Below, in pieces: positions 38,701 through 46,000 of a stretch of DNA of 64,000 nt (its first letter is position 1; each line of letters opens with the position of its first letter). The stretch is taken from NCBI GenBank assembly GCA_017405845.1, contig JAFQZQ010000017.1, forward strand, positions 6,855 to 70,854, read 5' to 3'. Source of the DNA: Mogibacterium sp. Lineage in GTDB: Bacteria > Bacillota > Clostridia > Peptostreptococcales > Anaerovoracaceae. The position numbers and the translations under genes were made by a program. Under the pieces are notes generated by a model. That model saw only the letters and a program-made list of their open reading frames with translations. It was not told the DNA's origin and made no database searches.

Positions 38701-38823
38701 ATCAAACGAAAGACTGGCCGGCTCCTGCTTTTTCCCCATATTGGAAGAAACATTGCGTCGGTCTTGCGTTATCTCCCTGCCCTTTCCGTTATTATCTTTA
38801 TTGTCGAACTGATCTGATGTCAT
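35770..38823 (-). CDS. class A penicillin-binding protein (glycosyltransferase + transpeptidase) with a long N-terminal low-complexity extension
   Basis: 1017 aa. TM helix at about aa 289-320. GT51 motifs EDKTFWTHKGFN and GTSTITQQLARN. Transpeptidase motifs SSIKP (SxxK), SIN (SxN) and KTGTT. Lys/Ser-rich C-terminal tail. Confidence 0.9.
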   Translation of the reverse strand: MTSDQFDNKDNNGKGREITQDRRNVSSNMGKKQEPASLSFDFDNKPFEEPDGLSFDFENKPPAKEEVPESAPIEAAPAEEAVPAEEPAPAPPKKQYGLPADYSRSQQPMPVKAAAPKAKSEFSKKVDSVKTLIKKKIAEQQDARRAAKAAEAERQRLLAREEEVRKAEEARLAAEAAKRAEEERLKAEHQAKLEAAVFAEMEAAKAKKVVKPAKTVKQGTSAKAKPAGKSLKEKKAVANNSAPAKKKAEEARKAEEAKKAAEAKAAAESKKAEKKQAKKKKPLIKKKKGFFGYLLAFIEIMIAFGIVGGIAGGAYAAITIAHADPIHPEQIYNTLEVSTHIYDDKGNLTNDIYLSENRDIVKYDELPENLKNAFIAIEDKTFWTHKGFNFRRIFGAIWNSVSGGGEISGTSTITQQLARNVFLPEEKSVRSIKRKIIEMYYAHEIEEELSKEEILTAYLNTIYLGYGCYGVDTAAKKYFSKDIEDLKLRECAALAALPQAPGIYALIMTEDDGAETTTKIEKGLYANDVSRNRRYLVLDLMAEQGYITQEKADKAKKPLEKFINPGGESLSASSSFKDYLLETVKHDLMEQYSLSADQADKMIYTKGLNIYSTLDSQAQKVVTKEFKKKSNFPSAVSDKGKVEGAMVIVKVGTGEIKAMAGTRRVKGDMLFNRAVSPRQPGSSIKPIAVYAPALQKSFEYQKEGKFFPFKDTGYDTQGTRYWGNYITASSGVTDERMKVNGKDWPQNFGRTFTGYKTFRQAIQLSINTCAVKILSQVGTDYSMKMVKKFGVTTAIDDTDEPYNDVNLAALGLGAMTEGVTPLDMALAYAVFPNGGVHNSGICYTKVTDSDGKVLLEGKSKETRVLNKGVAYIMTDVLQTVVSDGIAGNAAISGERVGGKTGTTDDTWDIWFDGFTPKYAAALWIGTDNNVELNATSASAAQLWSTIMSQVKRAKGGEYKSMPDNVLVKNGEYYTTGTQPPDPPPQKKEKATDKKDNNSKDSKKGSGNSNSGKKDKKN

Positions 38824-38887
38824 TTTTTTCTCCGACAGTTTTATTATTGGTATTCCCGGGGGACATTCCCCGGGTCATTTAAATACA

Positions 38888-38918
38888 AATGGTGCGGTTC
38901 TTCTATTTCCGCACCATT
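38888..38918 (-). terminator. rho-independent terminator after the P-type ATPase gene
   Basis: AAUGGUGCGG-11 nt loop-CCGCACCAUU, a perfect 10-bp stem, followed on the minus strand by UGUAUUUAAAU. Confidence 0.6.
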
Positions 38919-38992
38919 TTAACACAAAATATTGTCTTTATAGCAATTTATGACGCTATATTTAGATTAAGATGTATTAAGGTAACAATCTC

Positions 38993-40972
38993 TCACGTCC
39001 TCTGTTTCTCAAGCATCCGCATGGAATTCAGTATACATATCACCGCAACACCTACATCTGCGAATACAGCAATCCACATGTTTGCAATTCCAAGCGCGCC
39101 GAGTACCAGACAGCTGAATTTTACAAAGAGTGCAAATGCTATGTTCTGCTTTGATATGCCAAGAGTCTTGCGTGCTATTCCCATTACAGAAGGTATTCTT
39201 CCGAGATCGTCATCCATAATTACGACATCAGCTGCCTCGATAGCAGCGTCGGATCCGAGAGATCCCATTGCTACACCGACATCAGCAACGGACAGTACCG
39301 GAGCATCGTTGATACCATCGCCTATAAATGCAAGTTTGCCGCGCTTTTTATCTGCCTTTTCACCTATGCCGGCCTTCTGTCTGAGGCCTTCGATCAGCTC
39401 TTCAACTACACCGACCTTATCCTGAGGCAGCAGCTCTGCCATGTAGTCGGTGATGCCGAGCTCTGCGGCAACGGCTGAAGCAACCTTTTCGGAGTCTCCT
39501 GTCAGCATCATCACAGACTTTACTCCCGCATCCAGCATTCCCTTAATAGCATCCTTTGCGCCTTTCTTCGGCATGTCTGCTACGATTATGGTACCGATAT
39601 ACTTTCCGTTTTTAGCAACATAGCAGTTTGTTCCGCTCACCTCAGCCATCATCTTCGGAAGCTCAATACCCTCTTCATCAAAAAAGCTTCTGTTGCCGAT
39701 GGTGATTTTATCGCGTCCTACCCTGGCGCTTATGCCTTTCCCGGCCACATTTTTTACGTCCCTGATCTTCGACTGGGCTATCGGTTTATCGCAGGCTTCG
39801 ACTATGGCAGCAGCAATCGGATGTGTAGATCCGGCCTCTGCTGCTGCAGCATACCTTATGATCTCATCGGTGTCATGGCCTTCAGCAGCCTCAACCATAG
39901 CGACCTTGAATTTACCCTCTGTAAGCGTACCGGTCTTGTCGGATACAACAGTGTCGAGGTCTGCGAGCAGTTCAAGATAGTTGGATCCTTTCACGAGTAC
40001 GCCAATCGACGATGCCGCGCCTATGCCTCCGAAGAACGCAAGCGGTACGGATATTACCAGTGCACACGGGCATGAGATGACCAGGAAGGTGCATGCTCTC
40101 AGCACCCACTTGCCGAATTCGGCAATGAACGGCCCCCGGATTATCGGAGGTATAAATGCCAGAATAACTGCTGCGATAACGACCGCCGGAGTGTAGTAGT
40201 GCGCAAACCTTGTGATGAAGTTCTCTGTTACAGACTTGCGCGATGAAGCCTCTTCTACAAGTTCCAGTATCTGAGACACCGTGCAGTCGTCGAATTCCTT
40301 CAGCGCCTGTACCCTGAGCAGCGTCTCTCCGTTGATGCATCCCGATATCACCTGCTCACCTTTGCTTACAAGCCTCGGCAGCGATTCACCCGTAAGGGCC
40401 GATGTATTGACAAAGCCGCTTCCTTCGATAACTATACAATCCGTAGGCACTTTCTCTCCCGGCTTTATCACCAGGATGTCTCCCACCTCTATATCGTCAG
40501 GATCTATCACTTCGATGCTTCCGTCTTCAGATTCGCGGTTCGCGAAATCAGCTGCCATGCTCATAAGATCAGCGATGGATCCTCTGGACTTGCCTACAGC
40601 ATAGCTCTGGAAAAACTCTCCTACCTGATAGAACAGCATTACCGCTACAGCCTCACCGAACTCTCCGCATCCGAATGCGCCGATCGTAGCCACTGTCATA
40701 AGAAAGCTTTCATCAAAGAGCTGGCGGTTCTTTATACCGATGAAGCACTTGCGCAGAACATCTTTGCCTACTATGAAATATGGCACCAGGTAAAGAAGAT
40801 CCACTATTATGCCCGCTATGAGCACAGGTCGCGGCGGTGCGCTCTCAGGACCGTCACTTACGCTGAAAGCCGGCAGGACCAGATGTTCAGCTATCATGAG
40901 TATCGCAAACAGTGCCAGCGATATTATTATTCGTTTTAATTCTTTTTTCTGTTTTGCAGTAAATCTATCCAT
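38993..40972 (-). CDS. heavy-metal translocating P1B-type ATPase (Zn/Cd/Pb-type signature), no fused HMA domain
   Basis: 659 aa. TM6 CPC motif (VISCPCALVISVP), DKTGTLT, STHPIA, GDGINDAP and TM8 FADVGVAV (conserved Asp typical of P1B-2 pumps). Confidence 0.88.
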   Translation of the reverse strand: MDRFTAKQKKELKRIIISLALFAILMIAEHLVLPAFSVSDGPESAPPRPVLIAGIIVDLLYLVPYFIVGKDVLRKCFIGIKNRQLFDESFLMTVATIGAFGCGEFGEAVAVMLFYQVGEFFQSYAVGKSRGSIADLMSMAADFANRESEDGSIEVIDPDDIEVGDILVIKPGEKVPTDCIVIEGSGFVNTSALTGESLPRLVSKGEQVISGCINGETLLRVQALKEFDDCTVSQILELVEEASSRKSVTENFITRFAHYYTPAVVIAAVILAFIPPIIRGPFIAEFGKWVLRACTFLVISCPCALVISVPLAFFGGIGAASSIGVLVKGSNYLELLADLDTVVSDKTGTLTEGKFKVAMVEAAEGHDTDEIIRYAAAAEAGSTHPIAAAIVEACDKPIAQSKIRDVKNVAGKGISARVGRDKITIGNRSFFDEEGIELPKMMAEVSGTNCYVAKNGKYIGTIIVADMPKKGAKDAIKGMLDAGVKSVMMLTGDSEKVASAVAAELGITDYMAELLPQDKVGVVEELIEGLRQKAGIGEKADKKRGKLAFIGDGINDAPVLSVADVGVAMGSLGSDAAIEAADVVIMDDDLGRIPSVMGIARKTLGISKQNIAFALFVKFSCLVLGALGIANMWIAVFADVGVAVICILNSMRMLEKQRT

Positions 40973-41190
40973 TACAGAACTACCTGACAGTCAGGCTCAA
41001 CCTTTGCAATGCACTTAACAGCTTCCTCAACAACCTTATCGAATACAGCATCGTCTGCCTCGATCATCATCTTCTGAGTCATGAAGCTTACCGAAGCGTC
41101 GGTGACTCCGTCGATCTTCTTGATTGCTTCTTCCATCTTAGCAGCACAGTTTGCGCAGTCGAGGTCGATGAGTTTGAATTTCTTTTTCAT
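40972..41190 (-). CDS. stand-alone heavy-metal-associated (HMA) domain protein
   Basis: 72 aa. Ferredoxin-like HMA pattern with CxxC (DLDCANCAAKMEEAIKKIDGV). Its stop overlaps the ATPase ATG by 1 nt. Confidence 0.85.
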   Translation of the reverse strand: MKKKFKLIDLDCANCAAKMEEAIKKIDGVTDASVSFMTQKMMIEADDAVFDKVVEEAVKCIAKVEPDCQVVL

Positions 41191-41208
41191 TTGTCTGTTC
41201 TCCTTCTT

Positions 41209-41520
41209 TTACTCTTCAATATGTTCTTTGCCCATTTCGATGATGGTCTTTACGTGATCGTCGTCGAGGGAATAGTAAATCGCCTTTCCCTCGCGGCGGC
41301 TCTTTATGAGCTTTCCGTTCTTAAGAGCCTTGAGCTGATGCGATACGGCTGACTGGTTCATCTCGATGTCCTCGCAGATCTCGCTGACGTTCTTTTCACC
41401 GTCGAACAGATCGTAGAGTATCTTGATGCGTGTCGAATCCGCGAACATTTTGAAAAGTTCCGCGAGCTCGAGCAGTTCCTCCTCGCCCAGGTCTTTAATC
41501 ATGTAGTCGTTTTCTGTCAT
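41209..41520 (-). CDS. ArsR/SmtB-family metal-sensing transcriptional repressor
   Basis: Start set to ATG 41520 (MTENDYMIKDL...). wHTH signature ELFKMFADSTRIKILYDL...VSEICEDIEMNQSAVSHQLKALK. Confidence 0.85.
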   Translation of the reverse strand: MTENDYMIKDLGEEELLELAELFKMFADSTRIKILYDLFDGEKNVSEICEDIEMNQSAVSHQLKALKNGKLIKSRREGKAIYYSLDDDHVKTIIEMGKEHIEE

Positions 41521-41559
41521 CTGTTTCCCTTTCAAAAAAACATATGCCGATACATTCAT

Positions 41560-41593
41560 ATGAATATATTAGCATATGTTCATTATAAGTCAA
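41560..41593 (-). promoter_or_regulatory. candidate arsR-operon promoter with overlapping 10-4-10 inverted-repeat operator
   Basis: Inverted repeat ATGAATATAT (41560-41569), tagc, ATATGTTCAT (41574-41583), 9/10 complementary. Minus-strand TTGACT (41593-41588), 16 nt, TAATAT (41571-41566), so the repeat covers the spacer and -10. Confidence 0.5.
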
Positions 41594-41610
41594 GTATGTA
41601 TTTGGTTTTT

Positions 41611-42717
41611 TCAATCTTTGAAGCCCGTCCACACCGGTATGCCAGTGTATACCTGCGGCTCCTCCTCGCCTCTGAGCACCCTTAATGCTCCTGCGGCCAT
41701 GGCTTCATGTTCTACTTCGCCCGGATAGAAATACACCGGTGCGATCCAGCCGCAGCGCCGTGTTATGTAGTCGCAGAGGTCTTTGAACCTCAGAAGGCCG
41801 CCGCCGCATATTATTGCATCTGCTTCGCCCGAGAGCACTACTGCCATTTCACCGATCGCTTTACAGATGTTGTACAGCATTGCGTTCCAGACCCGTACGG
41901 CCTTAGGATCGCCGGATTCGACCATCCCGTGTACCTTGTCCGAGTTGGATGTGCCGAAGTGGCTCACGAATCCGCCGGCTCTCGTGCATGCGTCACGTAT
42001 AGGGATATCAGCGCACGCGCCTCCTTCTCTGAAGTACTCGACAGCAAGCTGTGCAGGCAGTGCTCCTGTGCGCGTCGGCGTGAAAGGCCCTTCTCCCCAC
42101 GCGTTATTAGTGCCGTCTATCATGCGGCCGTTGTGATGTGCGGATATGGACATGCCTCCATCTATATGGCACACGATGAGATTTGATTCCTTATAATTCA
42201 TGCCGTGCTCTTTGCAGTGTTTCCTTGCCGTTCCCACCAGATTGAGCACATGCAGGCTGGCGCCCCGGTAAAGCCCTGCCATTCCGGTTATGCGTGCCTC
42301 ATCGATGAATTCGTCCACTTTAGGGCCGTCCACCATCAGCGCTATCCCGCCATACTCAGCGGCAAGTTCTGCTGCAAGAGGCACTCCCAGGTTTGCCGGA
42401 TGGTCTACACCTGTCACCATGTTTTTTGTGTCTTCCAGAAGCTTATCGTTTACCCGGTATACTCCGCTGTTGATCGGAGCCGTGCTTCCGCCGCGGCCCA
42501 CTATAGCGTCTACGCCGTGAAGGTCTATGTCGTTCTCATCGAGGAAGTCAAGTATCATCTGCTTCCTGAAGTCCAGCTGATCGTACGCGCTCGCAAATGC
42601 AGCAAGCTCAGACGAATCGTGGAAGACATTCTCTTCGCAGAGTTTCTCCTCATCCTCAAAGTATGCAAGTTTTGTGGATGTCGATCCGGGATTGATGACG
42701 AATATTCTGTAGCTCAT
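41611..42717 (-). CDS. buk: butyrate kinase (ASKHA family)
   Basis: Start set to ATG 42717 (MSYRIFVINPGSTSTKLAYFE, canonical Buk N-terminus). 368 aa. No Shine-Dalgarno is visible upstream. Confidence 0.85.
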   Translation of the reverse strand: MSYRIFVINPGSTSTKLAYFEDEEKLCEENVFHDSSELAAFASAYDQLDFRKQMILDFLDENDIDLHGVDAIVGRGGSTAPINSGVYRVNDKLLEDTKNMVTGVDHPANLGVPLAAELAAEYGGIALMVDGPKVDEFIDEARITGMAGLYRGASLHVLNLVGTARKHCKEHGMNYKESNLIVCHIDGGMSISAHHNGRMIDGTNNAWGEGPFTPTRTGALPAQLAVEYFREGGACADIPIRDACTRAGGFVSHFGTSNSDKVHGMVESGDPKAVRVWNAMLYNICKAIGEMAVVLSGEADAIICGGGLLRFKDLCDYITRRCGWIAPVYFYPGEVEHEAMAAGALRVLRGEEEPQVYTGIPVWTGFKD

Positions 42718-42757
42718 GTCGTTTCTGTTTTTATACAAGTAAATACAGCATTCAATA

Positions 42758-42786
42758 TTGAAATAAGAACACTTGTTCGGTATCAT
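42758..42786 (+). promoter_or_regulatory. candidate sigma-A promoter for the small plus-strand ORF at 42814
   Basis: TTGAAA (42758-42763), 17 nt, TATCAT (42781-42786). The -35 overlaps the perfect palindrome TTCAATATTGAA (42751-42762). Confidence 0.4.
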
Positions 42787-42813
42787 AATACTGCCGGGAT
42801 ACCATGAAGTGTT

Positions 42814-43071
42814 ATGAGGCAAGCAGTTGATGTGCTGGCCGTTTTCGATGTAGGAGCCTTGTCTCCCCGCCCCATCAAATTCAAGGTGGTGGAGTTCGGC
42901 ATCAAGAAAACGGTCAGGATTACGGACATTAAGAATATCGAGTGGCTCGGCGCAGGCGGTGTATCACGCATCGTCTATGATTGTTGTACAGTCAATGAAG
43001 GCCGACGCGTCAACTACCAGCTTCTGTACTTCTACCGTGAATGCCGCTGGGAGATCGAGCGCAGCGCCTGA
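42814..43071 (+). CDS. hypothetical small protein (85 aa), family not recognised
   Basis: The only ORF filling an otherwise empty 357-nt gap. GC-rich third positions. Predicted beta-rich sequence PIKFKVVEFGIKKTVRITDIKNIEWLGAGGVSRIVYDCCTVNEGRRVNYQLLYFYRECRWEIE. No clear SD. Its stop lies 3 nt from the convergent polC stop. Confidence 0.5.
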   Translation: MRQAVDVLAVFDVGALSPRPIKFKVVEFGIKKTVRITDIKNIEWLGAGGVSRIVYDCCTVNEGRRVNYQLLYFYRECRWEIERSA

Positions 43072-43074
43072 TCC

Positions 43075-46000
43075 CTACAGATCGAAAATACTTATCTGCG
43101 CTGATTCCGGCAGTCCCGCAAAAAGTCCGTGCTTCTTAAGGTCGTCTATGTTGGTACCTGTAAGCCTCGTTCTCGACTTTACATCGTCAAGTGTATTGAA
43201 AGGCTTTTCCGCATATGCAGCTGCGAGTGACTCTGCAGCTGTGTCACCTATTCCGCTCACAGCGTTGAACGGCAGCATTATCCTGCCGTCCACTACAGAG
43301 AATCTGCACGGCTCTGCAACACCGAGTTCAGGCTCGGCGAAGCTGAATCCCCTTGAGAAGGCCTCGTACATTACCTCGTATACCGTCAGCTGTTCCTTCT
43401 GCTTTGCGGTAGCGGTGTTGCCAAGCTTCTCTATCTCTTCCATTCTCTTCTCTACACCCGGTATGCCAAGGCCGATTATATCAGCGTCAAAGTTATCCAC
43501 CTTAGAAGAGAACCATGCGGCGTAAAAGGCTTCAGGGTAGTTTACCTTGAACCACGCCATTCTTATTGACATCATTACATACGCCGCGGCGTGCGCGCGC
43601 GGGAACATGTACTGAAGTGTCTCGCACGACCATATGTACCAGTCCGGTACGCCGTGATCCTTCATCATCTGCAGCTGCTCTTCGCTCAGCACGCGGTTCT
43701 TACGTACGATCTCCATGATCTTGAACGCATCCCCGTTAGGAAGTCCCTTTTTGATGAGGAAGTTCATGATATCGTCACGGCACGATATTACCTCGTCGAT
43801 GGTCGCTGTGCCGTTTCTGAGAAGATCCTGCGCGTTTCCTGTCCATACCGCTGTTCCGTGAGAGAATCCGGACATCTTTATCAGAGCGGATACCGTTGTC
43901 GGATGTATGTCATCGAGCATGGCACGCGTGAAATTTGTACCGAATTCAGGTATCGCGTATGTGCCGTGCGTAAATCTGTAATTCTCGTTCTTTATCTTCA
44001 GTGCATCGAGCGATGTGAAAATACTGAGCGTCTCCTTGTCATCCAGAGGGATGTTCATCGGGTCCACACCTGTCATTACCTGAAGATGTCTTATTAACTG
44101 CGGCACATCGTGGCCGAGTATATCGAGCTTCAGGAGGTTCTCATCGATCTTGTGGTAATCGAAGTGAGTCGTTATGACGTCTGTATCGCGCTTGTTGGCA
44201 GGCTTCTGTATCGGGCAGAACTCATAAATCTCGTGATCGTCAGGCACAACAATGATGCCGCCCGGATGCTGACCGGTTGTTCTCTTTACGCCGGTGCAGC
44301 CCTTCACCAGATAATCGATATCATACTTGTTTGCACTTATGTGGTTGTCCTCTACGTAGTGCTTTACATATCCGAATGCGGTCTTATCTGCGATAGTCGC
44401 TACTGTGCCCGCCTTGTATACGTTTTTCTCCCCGAAGATCTCTCCTACGTATCTGTGAGCCACAGGCTGATACTCGCCTGCGAAGTTAAGGTCTATATCA
44501 GGCTCCTTGTCTCCCTTGAATCCAAGGAAGGTAGCGAACGGTATGTTGAGCCCCTCCTTCTTCATCCTGGCCCCACATTCCGGACAGGCCTTCTCAGGCA
44601 TATCGTAGCCGACATCGTATTTACCCGGCTCGTCAGACCACTCAAAGTGCTTGCATTCAGGGCAGATGTAATGCGGCGCAAGCGGATTTACCTCCGTAAT
44701 GCCCGCCATTGTAGCTGCAAACGAAGATCCTACCGATCCTCTCGAGCCTACCAGATATCCATCCCGGTTGGACTTCTGTACAAGCATCTGAGCAGCGATG
44801 TACATAACTGCGTATCCGTTTCCGATGATGGAACTCAGCTCAGTTTCGAGCCTCTCCTCTATCTCCGCCGGCAGCGGATCTCCGTATATCGACTTCGCCT
44901 TGCTGTAGCAGCTTTCCCTGAGTTTTTCTTCAGCGCCTTCGATCTTAGGCGGAAACTTACCCTTCGGAACAGGGAGCACCTCTTCAACCATATCGGCGAT
45001 CTTATTGGTGTTTGTTATTACGATCTCCTCTGCCCTGTCTCCAAGGTATGTGAACTCCTGCATCATCTCATCCGTCGTCCTCAGATAAAGAGAATCTGAA
45101 GGAGTATCACGGAAACCGATACCGGCCATGATGATGTTGCGGTATATTGAAGCCTCCTTGGTCGGATAATGCGAGTCGGTAGTCGCTACAGTCAGCTTAC
45201 CGAGCCTGTCTCCCGCAGCGATTATCCTGAGATTATTGTTTATAAGATCCTGCTCGCTGCCTGCAATGCCGTCTTCTATCATGAAGCGGTTGTTGCCAAG
45301 AGGCTGGATCTCCAGATAGTCGTAGAAAGAAGCGATCTTGTCGAGTTCTTCGTCGCTCGCACCTCTTATCACAGCCTGATAGAGCTCACCCGCTTCGCAG
45401 GCGCTGCCGATGATCAGCCCCTCTCTGTGAGCCTGCAGCACCGAGCGCGGTATCCTCGGGCGCTTGTAGAAATAATCGATGTGCGAAGTGCTGACGAGCT
45501 TATAAATATTTTTGAGGCCCGCCTGGTTCTTCGCCAGGATTATTATGTGATATGTGCGGTTCTTCTTTATGTCGATGGTGCCATCAGCATCATACGCATC
45601 CTCGTCCGGATACAGATAGCCCTCAACGCCGTAAATGATTTTTATGTTTCTTCCGCTCTTGGCCTGCTTTGCAGCTTCTTTTGCTGCATCAGGGAATGCC
45701 TGCACAACACCGTGGTCTGTGATGGCTACAGCCGGCTGGCCCCAGTAGGCAGCCTTTTTGACTATGTCCTTCACCTCGTTGAAGCCGTCGTTGTCGCTCA
45801 TCTTGGTGTGACAGTGCAGCTCGACCCTGCGTCCGTTAGGATATGTGTCTTCCTTGAGCTTTTTCTCTATCTTTTTTAAGGAGCTGAGCATCATGAGGTT
45901 CTGGTGCTCATAGGTGTCGTATTCTATGCTTCCGCGGACTCTTACCATGTCGCCCGCTGTCAGATTCTCCTGTATCTCCTTAAGTTTATCTTCGGATATA

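Noticed and set aside
38855-38874. The GC-only hairpin CCCGGGG-n6-CCCCGGG in the 5' UTR of the PBP gene.
   Set aside because: It is real as a sequence feature, but it has no U-tract and is not repeated elsewhere in the window. I cannot assign it a function beyond a possible 5' stabiliser, so it is not reported as a feature.
35636-43075. The possibility that the block between polC and rimP is a mobile element or genomic island.
   Set aside because: There is no integrase, transposase, recombinase or tRNA attachment site. I could not see flanking direct or inverted repeats, and apart from normal variation the composition looks similar to the flanks by eye. It is reported only as a synteny break.
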